Below are positions 27,712-37,237 of a stretch of DNA of 64,000 nucleotides, piece by piece. Location: assembly GCA_017428485.1 (NCBI GenBank), contig JAFRQT010000026.1, forward strand, positions 8,699-72,698, given 5' to 3'. The DNA comes from Bacilli bacterium (lineage in GTDB: Bacteria; Bacillota_I; Bacilli_A; RF39; UBA660). The notes below the pieces were generated by a model. That model was not told the origin of the DNA. It did no database searches and saw nothing but the letters and a program-made list of their open reading frames with translations. The position numbers and the translations under genes were made by a program. Position 1 is the stretch's first letter; every line of letters starts with the position of its first letter.

Positions 27712-28794
27712 ATGAATATCACAAAAATAGAATTACTTAATTTTAGAAATTATACCAAAAAAGTTTTTGATAATTTTTCAAATTTAAATATTATAATTGG
27801 AAAAAATGGAATAGGAAAAACAAGTATTCTTGAAGCAATTTATTTAGGAAGTCTTGCTAAATCATTTAAAACTACTAATGAAAGTTCAATTATAAAAGAA
27901 AATGAATCTTTTTTTAAGATTAAAATACATTATTTTGATTATTTACCCAAAAAAAACTTAGAAATATATCTTGATAAGAATGGTAAAAAAACAAAAATAA
28001 ATGATAAAATTCAAAGTAAATTAAGTGATTTCATTTCCCAATATAGAATAATACTATTATCACCAGATGAATTAAAATTAATTAAATCTTCTCCTAACAC
28101 AAGAAGAAATTATTTAAACATTCAAATATCTCAATTACATAAAGAATACATTTATTATCTAAATAATTATAATAATTTAATTAAAAATAAAAATGATTAT
28201 TTAAAAAAATTAATGTTAAATAATAATCTAGATCAAAGATATTTAGATGTTTTGGATGAAAAAATAGTTGATGAGGGTATAAAAATTTATAATTATAGAA
28301 AAAAATATATAGATTTAATAAATGAAAATATTAACAACATATTTAAAAATTATATAAAAAATCAAATAATAAGAATTGATTATGAATCAGATTATAAATT
28401 AAATGATAAAGAAAAATTAATCAAAGAATTAAAAAGAAATAGGAAAAAAGAAATAAATTTAGGAATGACTGATTTTGGAATACATAGAGATGATTATGTA
28501 TTCTGTCAAAATGAAAATAATTGTAAAGAATTTAGTTCACAAGGAATACAAAAATTAATAATATTGGCAATGAAATTATCTGAAGTTAATATTTTTATTA
28601 ATAATTATGATATAAAACCAATTTTATTATTAGATGATTTATTTAGTGAATTAGATATGAAAAATAGAAATAATATTTTTAAATCACTAGATAAAAAAAT
28701 ACAAATATTTATAACAACTACTGATTTAAAAAATATTGATAAAAAGATAATAGAAAAAGCTAAAATATTTAATTTAGATGAGAAGGTGAAATAA
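27712..28794 (+). CDS. recF: DNA replication and repair protein RecF
   Basis: Walker [14 protein letters not shown], an SMC-like signature SQGIQK and Walker [12 protein letters not shown]. Confidence 0.9.
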   Translation: MNITKIELLNFRNYTKKVFDNFSNLNIIIGKNGIGKTSILEAIYLGSLAKSFKTTNESSIIKENESFFKIKIHYFDYLPKKNLEIYLDKNGKKTKINDKIQSKLSDFISQYRIILLSPDELKLIKSSPNTRRNYLNIQISQLHKEYIYYLNNYNNLIKNKNDYLKKLMLNNNLDQRYLDVLDEKIVDEGIKIYNYRKKYIDLINENINNIFKNYIKNQIIRIDYESDYKLNDKEKLIKELKRNRKKEINLGMTDFGIHRDDYVFCQNENNCKEFSSQGIQKLIILAMKLSEVNIFINNYDIKPILLLDDLFSELDMKNRNNIFKSLDKKIQIFITTTDLKNIDKKIIEKAKIFNLDEKVK

Positions 28795-30713
28795 TGAAGG
28801 AAGAATATGGAGTAAATGATATACAGGTATTAGAAGGATTAGAAGCAGTTAGAAAAAGACCTGGTATGTATATAGGAACAACTGATTTAAAAGGATTACA
28901 TCATTTGGTATGGGAAATTGTTGATAATTCAATTGATGAAGCTTTAGCTGGATACTGTAAAAATATAGAAATAATTATTAATAAAGATAATTCAATTACA
29001 GTTAAAGATGATGGACGTGGTATTCCGGTAGGAATACATCCAAAAACAGGTATTTCAACAGTAGAAACAGTTTATACTGTTCTTCATGCTGGTGGAAAAT
29101 TCGGTGGTGGAGGATATAAAGTAAGTGGTGGCCTTCATGGTGTAGGAGCTTCTGTTGTTAATGCTTTATCAAAATGGGTAACTGTAACAGTATATAAAGA
29201 TGGAAAAATATATGAAACAAAATTTGAAAATGGCGGAAAAACCGTACAAAAATTAACAGTTATTGGGGAATGTGATAAGGATAGAAGCGGTACAACTGTA
29301 TCATTTAAACCAGATCCAGATATTTTTGATTCAGAAATATATGATTATGAAACATTAAAAGTAAGAACTAGAGAATTAGCATTCTTAAATAAAGGACTAC
29401 AACTTACATTAAGAGATGATAGAGATGAAGAAGATACACAAGGAGAAAAATTCTTATATGAGGGTGGTATCAGTGAATACGTAAAATTCATTAATCAAGG
29501 AAAAACACCTCTTCATGAAAGAGTTATCCATTTGAATGGTGAAAAAGATGGAATAGCATTTGAAGTAGCATTTCAATATAACACTGGATATAATGAAAAT
29601 ATATATTCATTTGTAAATAATATTAATACTCATGATGGTGGTACTCATGAAGAAGGAGTAAAAAGAGCATTAGTAAGAATTACAAATAGTTATGCTAGAA
29701 AAAATAATATATTAAAAGAAAAAGATGAAAATTTAACAATAGATGATGTAAAAGAAGGACTTACAATGATTATTTCTTGTAAGCATCCTAATCCTCAATT
29801 TGAAGGGCAAACTAAAGGAAGATTAGGAAATTCCGAAGTAAAAAATTTAGCTGATAGTGTATTTGCTGAGGGATATGAACAATTTTTATTAGAAAATCCT
29901 GATGAAGCAAGAACTATTGTAGGAAAATCTATTTTGGCTAGAAATGCTAGAATGGCTGCTAAAAGAGCAAGGGAAGCAACAAGAAAAAGTGACTTAGCTA
30001 CAACAAATTTCTTTGGTAAATTATCAGATTGTAAGAGTAAGGACCCAACAATATCAGAGATATTTATTGTCGAGGGAGATAGTGCTGGCGGGTCTGCAAA
30101 AAAAGGTAGAGATTCTATGACTCAAGCTATCCTACCTTTAAGAGGAAAAATATTAAATGTAGAAAAAGCAAGACAAGATAAGGCTCTTGCTAATGAAGAA
30201 ATTAGAACAATTATTACAGCATTTGGAACGGGAATTGGTGAATATTTTGATTTGTCAAAATTAAGATATGACAAAATAATAATAATGACCGATGCCGATG
30301 TTGATGGATCACATATCAGAGTACTATTATTAACATTATTTTATAGATTTTTTAGACCAATCGTTGAAGCAGGACACGTGTATGCTGCACAACCACCTTT
30401 ATATAGAATTATGCATGGAAAAACTAGAAAATATGTTCTTAATGATGATGAACTTAATGCTTATATGAATTCTCTTCCTGAAAATATACGTTCAAGAGCA
30501 GAAGTTGCACGTATGAAAGGTTTAGGAGAGATGGATGCTGAAGAACTTAATGAAACAACAATGGATATTAATAAGAGAGTACTTAGAAAAATAACTGTTG
30601 AAGATTGTATCGCAGCAGATGCTATATTTGAAAAATTAATGGGCGATGAAGTAGAACCTAGAAGAAAATTTATTGAAGAAAATGCTGGATACGTACAAAA
30701 TTTAGATATTTAG
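28794..30713 (+). CDS. gyrB: DNA gyrase subunit B
   Basis: GHKL ATPase ([17 protein letters not shown]), Toprim ([23 protein letters not shown]) and DADVDGSHI. Confidence 0.97.
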   Translation: MKEEYGVNDIQVLEGLEAVRKRPGMYIGTTDLKGLHHLVWEIVDNSIDEALAGYCKNIEIIINKDNSITVKDDGRGIPVGIHPKTGISTVETVYTVLHAGGKFGGGGYKVSGGLHGVGASVVNALSKWVTVTVYKDGKIYETKFENGGKTVQKLTVIGECDKDRSGTTVSFKPDPDIFDSEIYDYETLKVRTRELAFLNKGLQLTLRDDRDEEDTQGEKFLYEGGISEYVKFINQGKTPLHERVIHLNGEKDGIAFEVAFQYNTGYNENIYSFVNNINTHDGGTHEEGVKRALVRITNSYARKNNILKEKDENLTIDDVKEGLTMIISCKHPNPQFEGQTKGRLGNSEVKNLADSVFAEGYEQFLLENPDEARTIVGKSILARNARMAAKRAREATRKSDLATTNFFGKLSDCKSKDPTISEIFIVEGDSAGGSAKKGRDSMTQAILPLRGKILNVEKARQDKALANEEIRTIITAFGTGIGEYFDLSKLRYDKIIIMTDADVDGSHIRVLLLTLFYRFFRPIVEAGHVYAAQPPLYRIMHGKTRKYVLNDDELNAYMNSLPENIRSRAEVARMKGLGEMDAEELNETTMDINKRVLRKITVEDCIAADAIFEKLMGDEVEPRRKFIEENAGYVQNLDI

Positions 30714-30723
30714 GAGGTTTAAA

Positions 30724-33252
30724 ATGGAAGAAGATATTAAAGAAAATGAAAATACTGAAGAAGAATTTGAAAATATTGATAAAGTAAGTATTGACAATAA
30801 TAACTTCAGTGGATATTTTCATGAAAGAGATAGATTAGATCATAATAATATAGTTGATGAAGTAAAAACATCTTTTATGGAATATTCAATGAGTGTTATT
30901 GCTTCTCGTGCACTTCCTGATTTAAGAGATGGTTTAAAACCAGTTCACAGAAGAATTTTATGGTCAATGTATGAATCAGGTTATACACCAGATAAACCTC
31001 ATAGAAAAAGTGCAAAAACTGTTGGTGAAGTTATGGGTAATTATCACCCACACGGAGATTCATCAATATATGAAGCAATGGTTCGTTTAGCACAAGATTT
31101 CAACCAAAGATATATGTTAATAGATGGACATGGAAACTTTGGTAATATTGAGGGTGATGGAGCAGCTGCAATGCGTTATACAGAATCAAGATTAGCAAAA
31201 ATATCACTAGAATTATTAAGAGATATTAATAAAGATACAGTTGATATGGATGATAATTTTGATGTTACAAGAAAAGAACCAAAAGTATTGCCATCAAGAT
31301 TTCCAAATGTTTTAGTAAATGGCTCTATGGGTATAGCGGTTGGTATGGCAACAAATATACCACCACATAATCTTGGTGAAGTTATAGATGGATGTGTTGC
31401 TTATATTGATAATCCAAATATAGATGTGCTTGGATTAATGGATTATATAAAAGGTCCTGATTTTCCAACTGGCGGAATAATTTTAGGTAATTCGGGAATA
31501 AAAAAAGCATACGAAACTGGACGAGGATCAATTACTATTCGTGGTAAAGCAACAATTGAGGAATCTGATGGACATAATACTATAGTATTTACTGAAGTTC
31601 CATATGGTGTTAATACAATGGAATTAAAAAATAAAGTAGCTGAATTAGTTCATACGAAAGTAATTGATGGAATTTCTGATTATCACACTGATTTAAAAGA
31701 TGGTGTTAAGATAACAATAACATTAAAGAAAGATGCAAATCCACAAGTAGTTTTAAATAATCTATATAAGCATACCGCATTTCAAGTAAATTATGGAATT
31801 ATATTCTTAGTGTTAGATGGTTTAACTCCTAAAACACTTGGTCTAAAAGATATAATTGCTAAATATATAGATCATCAAAAAGAAGTAATAATTAGAAGAA
31901 CTAAGTTTGATTTAATAAAAGATGAAAAAAGAGTTCATATTCTAGAAGGTTATAAAATTGCTTTAGATCATATAGATGAAGTAGTTAAAATAATAAGGAA
32001 TGCTAAAACAGATGAAGAAGCTAAAACAAATTTAATAGATAAATTTGGATTAGATATGATTCAAGCAGAAGCAATTCTTGAATTGAAGTTGAGAAGATTA
32101 ACTGGATTAGAAAGAGACAAAATTGAAAATGAACTAGCTGAATTATTAAAAGAAATTGAAGAATTAAAATCAATTTTAGCTAGCGAGGAAAAAGTGTTAC
32201 AAATTATTAAGAAAGAAATGTTGGAAATTAAAGATAGATATGCCGATGAAAGACGTACAACAATTGATAATACAGCAATAGAATATATTGAAGATGAGTC
32301 TTTAATTCCACAAGAAGAAATAATAGTTACTATTACCAATAAGAATTATATTAAGAGAATATCTAAAGATACTTATAGAGTACAACATAGAGGTGGAGTT
32401 GGTATTAAAGGAATGACAACTACAGAAGAAGATTTCGTAGAACAATTAATATCACTAAATACTCATGATCATATATTATTCTTTACTAACAAAGGAAAAG
32501 TATATAGACTAAAAGGTTATAAAATACCAGAATACTCTCGTACTGCAAAAGGATTACCAATTATTAACTTATTGCCTATTGATAAAGAAGAAAAAGTAAA
32601 CGCAATGATTAAGATAAGTAATAACGACACGTACAAATGTTTGATATTTGCAACAAAAAAAGGCTTAATTAAACGTACTTTAGTTAGTGAATTCGATAAT
32701 ATAAGGCAAACAGGTAAAATAGCTATCACTTTAAAAGAAGATGATGAACTAATATCTGTAAAAAAGACAACTGGTGAAGATCAAGTTCTAATGTGTTCAT
32801 CAAATGGTAGAATGGCTAGGTTTGACGAAAATGAAATTAGAATAATGGGAAGAACAGCTGCTGGAGTAAGAGGAATTAATCTTACTAATGATGAGTGCGT
32901 TGGAATGGAAATATCAGATCCTGAAAAATTACTATTAGTTGTTACAGAAAAAGGATACGGTAAAAAAACAGTAATTGATGAATATAGACAAACAAAACGT
33001 GGAAGCAAAGGAGTTAAAACTCTAAACATTTCAGAAAAGAATGGAAAGATAGTTAGTTTCAAAGCAACTGACAATAATAAAGACTTATTACTTATCACAA
33101 AAAACGGAATGATTATTAGAATAAGTGTAGAATCAGTATCTCAAATGGGAAGAGTTACAAAAGGTGTTAGATTGATCAATTTAAAAGACAACAATGAGGT
33201 AGCGTCTATTTCTGTTATTGAAAAAGAAGAAGAAAAAGAAGATGAAGAATAA
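30724..33252 (+). CDS. gyrA: DNA gyrase subunit A
   Basis: Active-site region AAMRYTE, a QRDR-like HPHGDSSIYEA, and a C-terminal beta-pinwheel with an acidic tail. Confidence 0.97.
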   Translation: MEEDIKENENTEEEFENIDKVSIDNNNFSGYFHERDRLDHNNIVDEVKTSFMEYSMSVIASRALPDLRDGLKPVHRRILWSMYESGYTPDKPHRKSAKTVGEVMGNYHPHGDSSIYEAMVRLAQDFNQRYMLIDGHGNFGNIEGDGAAAMRYTESRLAKISLELLRDINKDTVDMDDNFDVTRKEPKVLPSRFPNVLVNGSMGIAVGMATNIPPHNLGEVIDGCVAYIDNPNIDVLGLMDYIKGPDFPTGGIILGNSGIKKAYETGRGSITIRGKATIEESDGHNTIVFTEVPYGVNTMELKNKVAELVHTKVIDGISDYHTDLKDGVKITITLKKDANPQVVLNNLYKHTAFQVNYGIIFLVLDGLTPKTLGLKDIIAKYIDHQKEVIIRRTKFDLIKDEKRVHILEGYKIALDHIDEVVKIIRNAKTDEEAKTNLIDKFGLDMIQAEAILELKLRRLTGLERDKIENELAELLKEIEELKSILASEEKVLQIIKKEMLEIKDRYADERRTTIDNTAIEYIEDESLIPQEEIIVTITNKNYIKRISKDTYRVQHRGGVGIKGMTTTEEDFVEQLISLNTHDHILFFTNKGKVYRLKGYKIPEYSRTAKGLPIINLLPIDKEEKVNAMIKISNNDTYKCLIFATKKGLIKRTLVSEFDNIRQTGKIAITLKEDDELISVKKTTGEDQVLMCSSNGRMARFDENEIRIMGRTAAGVRGINLTNDECVGMEISDPEKLLLVVTEKGYGKKTVIDEYRQTKRGSKGVKTLNISEKNGKIVSFKATDNNKDLLLITKNGMIIRISVESVSQMGRVTKGVRLINLKDNNEVASISVIEKEEEKEDEE

Positions 33253-33265
33253 TCTTCTTTTTTAA

Positions 33266-33281
33266 TGTTCCACGTGGAACA
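33266..33281. promoter_or_regulatory. parS site 1 (perfect symmetric TGTTCCACGTGGAACA)
   Basis: Exact 16-mer embedded in a 32-bp perfect palindrome at 33258-33289, 6 bp after the gyrA stop. Confidence 0.8.
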
Positions 33282-33298
33282 TTAAAAAATATACAAAA

Positions 33299-33314
33299 TA
33301 TTTCCCGGGAAATA
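33299..33314. promoter_or_regulatory. Noc-binding-site-like palindrome 1 (TATTTCCCGGGAAATA)
   Basis: Exact 16-mer within a 24-bp perfect palindrome at 33295-33318. Matches the B. subtilis NBS consensus ATTTCCCGGGAAAT. Confidence 0.7.
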
Positions 33315-33357
33315 TTTTATAGTAGAATACTACTAAAGTGTAAGACAAAGAAAACAA

Positions 33358-33373
33358 AGTTCCACGTGGAACA
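33358..33373. promoter_or_regulatory. parS site 2 (AGTTCCACGTGGAACA, one mismatch)
   Basis: 15 of 16 positions match the symmetric parS. Confidence 0.7.
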
Positions 33374-33468
33374 TTATTTTCTTTAATTATAAAGTTGTTA
33401 AATTAGTTATTTATATAGCTAGTTTGTTATAACATATTATTAAGTTGATAATATAATTTTATTTTTAA

Positions 33469-33484
33469 TGTTCCACGTGGAACA
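33469..33484. promoter_or_regulatory. parS site 3 (perfect)
   Basis: Exact 16-mer within a 30-bp perfect palindrome at 33462-33491. Confidence 0.8.
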
Positions 33485-33606
33485 TTAAAAATAATACTTT
33501 TGTTAATTACTTATTCGATAGTATATTAAATAATAATTATAATTTTTTAATATAATAATCATTTTTATATGATTAATTGCTTAATAATATATTATTATAT
33601 AACTAA

Positions 33607-33622
33607 TGTTCCACGTGGAACA
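33607..33622. promoter_or_regulatory. parS site 4 (perfect)
   Basis: Exact 16-mer within a 28-bp perfect palindrome at 33601-33628. Confidence 0.8.
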
Positions 33623-33830
33623 TTAGTTTTCTTTTTCAATAAACTAGATCAAATACAGTTATTTTATATATGATGTTTTATATTTTAACTACCGCATTAA
33701 TAATCTATATAGATTATATTTTTAATTTACATCTAAATTAAATATTAACTTATTATATTTACATTAGTATCATTTATATATATTTACAGATACTTTTCAT
33801 GTTAAATATTGTATAAAAATTATTGAAAAT

Positions 33831-33846
33831 TATTTCCCGGGAAATA
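33831..33846. promoter_or_regulatory. Noc-binding-site-like palindrome 2 (TATTTCCCGGGAAATA)
   Basis: Second exact copy of the 16-mer, about 530 bp from the first. Confidence 0.7.
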
Positions 33847-33938
33847 TTTTTTTAAATATTATGTTAACTTTTAATATTTAATTACTAAAAAATGAAATAA
33901 TACTTGATTATTAAAATAAAATAATATAAAATAATTTT

Positions 33939-34010
33939 GTGCAATGAGAAATAAATGAAACAGGTCAGAATCGGAAGATAGCAGCCTTAAATTTGTTTCT
34001 CATGTGCACA
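33939..34010 (+). ncRNA. ffs: signal recognition particle RNA, short 4.5S-type (no Alu domain)
   Basis: Single hairpin with an 18-bp closing stem (GTGCAATGAGAAATAAAT / ATTTGTTTCTCATGTGCAC). Apical CAGGTCAGAATCGGAAGATAGCAGCC is the domain IV consensus with a GGAA tetraloop. TTGATT-17-TAAAAT promoter at 33904-33932 and a T-run at 34013-34018. Confidence 0.75.
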
Positions 34011-34044
34011 TATTTTTTATATAAGGATGCGAATAAGTGTTTGT

Positions 34045-34446
34045 ATGAATAAAATTAGTATATTAAAAAAATTAAATAAAAAAGCAATAGAAAATGGTGA
34101 TGTTCCTGTATCTTGTATAATAGAAAAAAATAATAAAATTATTGCTACAGGATATAACATGAGAGAAAAAAATAATAATCCTCTTTTGCATGCTGAAATT
34201 GTTGCTATACAAAAAGCAGCTAAAAAATTAAAAACATGGAATTTAAGTGATTGTAATCTTTTAGTTACATTAAAACCATGTGATATGTGCGTTGAAGTTA
34301 TTAAGATGGCTAAAATAAAAAAAATAGATTATATTTTAGAAAATGAAAAAATTATTAATAATAAACTTATTTTAAATAAAATAAATATAGATGACCAGAA
34401 ATATTTTATAAATGAAATTAAAGATTTTTTTGCTGACAAAAGATAG
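34045..34446 (+). CDS. tadA: tRNA-specific adenosine deaminase
   Basis: CDA zinc motifs HAEIVAI and PCDMCVEVI. ATG 34045 is preferred and ATG 34027 is possible. Confidence 0.85.
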   Translation: MNKISILKKLNKKAIENGDVPVSCIIEKNNKIIATGYNMREKNNNPLLHAEIVAIQKAAKKLKTWNLSDCNLLVTLKPCDMCVEVIKMAKIKKIDYILENEKIINNKLILNKINIDDQKYFINEIKDFFADKR

Positions 34447-34490
34447 TAATCAATATATAATTTTGATATAATTAAATGAGGAGGTTCACT

Positions 34491-36107
34491 ATGGCATACA
34501 TATCATTGTACAGAAAATATAGACCAAAAAGTTTTGCTGAAGTTGTAGGTCAGGAAGTTGTTGTCAAAATATTAAAAAATAGTATTACAAATAATAAAAT
34601 TGGCCATGCATATATATTTAGTGGACCAAGAGGAACTGGAAAAACAAGTATTGCTAAAATTTTTTCAAAAGCCGTAAATTGTTTATCAAATAAAGATGGT
34701 GATTTATGTGGTAAATGCGATGTTTGTAAATTAAATTTTGATGATGAAATTGATATTATAGAAATAGATGCTGCCAGCAATAATGGTGTTGATGAAATAA
34801 GAGAAATTAGAAATAACGTTAAATTAATGCCATCCCATTTAAAATATAAAGTATATATAATAGACGAAGTTCACATGCTTTCAACCAGTGCATTTAATGC
34901 ATTATTAAAAACACTAGAAGAACCACCTAAAAATATAATATTTATTCTAGCAACAACTGAATTTAACAAAATTCCCGCTACTGTTGTATCAAGATGCCAA
35001 AAATTTGATTTCAAAAAATTAACAAATAAACAAATAATAGATAGATTAAAATATATATTAAAAAAAGAAGAAAAGAAGCTAGATGATGAAGTAATTGAAT
35101 TGATTTCAAATTTAAGCGATGGTGGTATGAGAGATGCAATAAATATGCTAGATCAAGTATTATCACTAGAAAAAGATATTATTACTGTTGATGATGTCTA
35201 CTATCTAGTAGGAGATACCTCAGAAGAGACAATATTTAATTTATTAGATAATATAATTAGTGGAGATATAAAGGAATTATTAAAATGTATAAATATTCTT
35301 TATGAAGAGGGTAAAAATTTTGTTAATATATCTGATAGACTCCAAATGCTTATAAGAAATATAATTATCTTTTGCAATACTAAAAAATATTTTACAAAAG
35401 AATATGAAGAAAAATTATCAAAATATTCAAATATAGAGATAGATTTATTATTAAAATTATCCGAAGAAATATTTAAATTAATAAATGATATTAAAAAAAC
35501 AACGAATCAAAAAATAATAATGGAAATATATTCAATTAAAATGACATTATTATTTAGAAATATTGAAAAAGAAGAAAAAAAAGAAATTAAGCAGGAAGAA
35601 ATTATAGAGAAAAAAATAGAAAAAGAAATTGAAACATCTGAGGAAAGCAATCAGATGAAAGATATTAAAATAAATAATGCTTTATCAGCGGCAAACAAAG
35701 AATTAAAAGAAGAATTCTTAAATAAATATATAATATTAAATGAATATGTTTCAAATAAAGAATATAATTCGTTAGCTAATTTATTATTAAAAGCTATACC
35801 TGAAGTTGTATCAAATAAAAATATTATTTTTACATTTAAAAATAAATTAGAAATAGTATTATTTGATAAAAATGAGGAAGATATTCAAAAATTTTTAAAG
35901 AAAATATATGGTAAAAATTATTCTATTGTAGCAATTACAAATGAGGAATGGTTAAAAATAAGAGAAGAATACATATCTAATACAAAAAAAGGTATTAAAT
36001 ATGAATATATCGAAGAAAAATTAAAATCAAAAAATGCAAAGAAAAATACGGAATTAGAAAATACTGTAGAAGATTTATTCGGTGAAGAATTAATAAAAGT
36101 AGATTGA
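34491..36107 (+). CDS. dnaX: DNA polymerase III subunit gamma/tau
   Basis: GPRGTGKTS Walker A, Zn module CGKCDVC, DEVHML and SRCQKFDF. GAGGAGG RBS before ATG 34491. Confidence 0.94.
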   Translation: MAYISLYRKYRPKSFAEVVGQEVVVKILKNSITNNKIGHAYIFSGPRGTGKTSIAKIFSKAVNCLSNKDGDLCGKCDVCKLNFDDEIDIIEIDAASNNGVDEIREIRNNVKLMPSHLKYKVYIIDEVHMLSTSAFNALLKTLEEPPKNIIFILATTEFNKIPATVVSRCQKFDFKKLTNKQIIDRLKYILKKEEKKLDDEVIELISNLSDGGMRDAINMLDQVLSLEKDIITVDDVYYLVGDTSEETIFNLLDNIISGDIKELLKCINILYEEGKNFVNISDRLQMLIRNIIIFCNTKKYFTKEYEEKLSKYSNIEIDLLLKLSEEIFKLINDIKKTTNQKIIMEIYSIKMTLLFRNIEKEEKKEIKQEEIIEKKIEKEIETSEESNQMKDIKINNALSAANKELKEEFLNKYIILNEYVSNKEYNSLANLLLKAIPEVVSNKNIIFTFKNKLEIVLFDKNEEDIQKFLKKIYGKNYSIVAITNEEWLKIREEYISNTKKGIKYEYIEEKLKSKNAKKNTELENTVEDLFGEELIKVD

Positions 36108-36121
36108 AAGGATGATAAATT

Positions 36122-36415
36122 ATGAATATGCAAGCTATAATGGCGCAAGCTAGAAAATTACAAGGAGAATTAGAAAAAACAACTAAAGAAATTGATAATA
36201 CAATATTTAATTATGAGAATGATAATATTTTAGTTGAATGTAATGGAAAAAATGAAATAAAAAAAATTACAATTAAAAATGAGGATGTTCTAGAAGATAG
36301 AGAAATGCTAGAAGACATTGTTTTAGTTGCAGTTAATAATGTGTTAGAAAAAGTAAAAACAGAGAAAGATAAAAAATTAGGTAAATATACTAATGGTCTT
36401 GGAGGATTGTTTTAG
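36122..36415 (+). CDS. ybaB: nucleoid-associated protein YbaB/EbfC
   Basis: MNMQAIMAQARKLQ start, about 97 aa, conserved dnaX-ybaB-recR context. Confidence 0.85.
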   Translation: MNMQAIMAQARKLQGELEKTTKEIDNTIFNYENDNILVECNGKNEIKKITIKNEDVLEDREMLEDIVLVAVNNVLEKVKTEKDKKLGKYTNGLGGLF

Positions 36416-36418
36416 TTA

Positions 36419-37018
36419 ATGACAACACCTAAGAGTTTTACAAATTTGGTGAATAATTTATCCATATTACCAGGTGTTGGTGAAAAAACAGCTGAAAGAT
36501 ATGTATATTCTCTTTTTGAAAAGGAAGATGATGAGGTTGAAGCACTAGCACAATCTTTGTTAGATTTTAAAAAAAATATAAAAAAATGTTCAATATGTGG
36601 TTCCTTAACTGATAATGATATATGTGATATCTGTAATGATGAAAGTAGAGACAGAAGTACACTATGTATAGTTGAGGATTCAAAAAGTTTATTTTTCATA
36701 GAAAAAACAAAAAAATATAATGGTTTATATCATGTATTAAATGGATTAATATCGCCAATTGAAGGAAAAAATCCTGAAGATCTAAATATATCATCACTGA
36801 TGAATAATAGAATAAATACTGAATTGAAAGAAATAATAATTGCTTTGAATCCATCAATTGAAGGCGATGTAACATCTATGTATATTCAAAAATTATTAGA
36901 AAAAAAAGATATTAAAGTATCTAGATTGTCATACGGAATTCCTATGGGAAGTGATATAGAATATTTAGATCCTATAATGATTTCAAAAGCATGGGATGAT
37001 AGAAAAGTAATATCATAA
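36419..37018 (+). CDS. recR: recombination protein RecR
   Basis: HhH LPGVGEKTAERY, a C4 zinc finger CSICG..CDIC, and Toprim (LCIVEDSKS). Confidence 0.94.
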   Translation: MTTPKSFTNLVNNLSILPGVGEKTAERYVYSLFEKEDDEVEALAQSLLDFKKNIKKCSICGSLTDNDICDICNDESRDRSTLCIVEDSKSLFFIEKTKKYNGLYHVLNGLISPIEGKNPEDLNISSLMNNRINTELKEIIIALNPSIEGDVTSMYIQKLLEKKDIKVSRLSYGIPMGSDIEYLDPIMISKAWDDRKVIS

Positions 37019-37049
37019 ATATTTCATCATAAATTATTATGAGGTTATT

Positions 37050-37226
37050 ATGACATTATTTATTATTAAAAAAATAGTATATACTTTATGTTTATTGTAC
37101 ACAGTAAATATATTTATTAGCAAACAAAATAAAATAATACCAATAAACATATATACGGTTTTATTGGTATATTTTTATGATTTATTTGCAATTCTTATGA
37201 TAATTTTCTTAAAATATTATTGCTGA
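37050..37226 (+). CDS. possible small membrane protein (58 aa), not in the ORF track
   Basis: Hand translation MTLFIIKKIVYTLCLLYTVNIFISKQNKIIPINIYTVLLVYFYDLFAILMIIFLKYYC shows two hydrophobic segments. GAGG lies 6 nt upstream. Its stop overlaps the holB RBS. Confidence 0.35.
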   Translation: MTLFIIKKIVYTLCLLYTVNIFISKQNKIIPINIYTVLLVYFYDLFAILMIIFLKYYC

Positions 37227-37237
37227 AGGAGGATTTT

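Noticed and set aside
33258-33289. The 32-bp palindrome right after the gyrA stop, considered as the gyrA rho-independent terminator.
   Set aside because: On the plus strand the hairpin is followed by an A-run, not a U-tract, and the core is an exact parS. A roadblock or weak terminator role cannot be excluded, but I do not call it a terminator.
33258-33628. Four similar repeats separated by about 75-120 bp of unique sequence could be mistaken for a small CRISPR array.
   Set aside because: The repeats are perfect palindromes matching parS. The spacings are irregular and too long. There is no leader or cas genes, and the flanking arms differ between copies.
33253-33937. An expected rRNA operon or tRNA genes downstream of gyrA, as in Bacillus.
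   Set aside because: The tract is nearly pure A/T apart from the parS and NBS palindromes. No 16S/23S/5S-like or cloverleaf-capable segments are present.
34476-36107. Programmed frameshift or truncated gamma form in dnaX, and inteins in dnaX, gyrA, gyrB or dnaN.
   Set aside because: The ORFs are single and uninterrupted, of normal length, with contiguous conserved motifs. I could identify no slippery A-run followed by a hairpin with any confidence.
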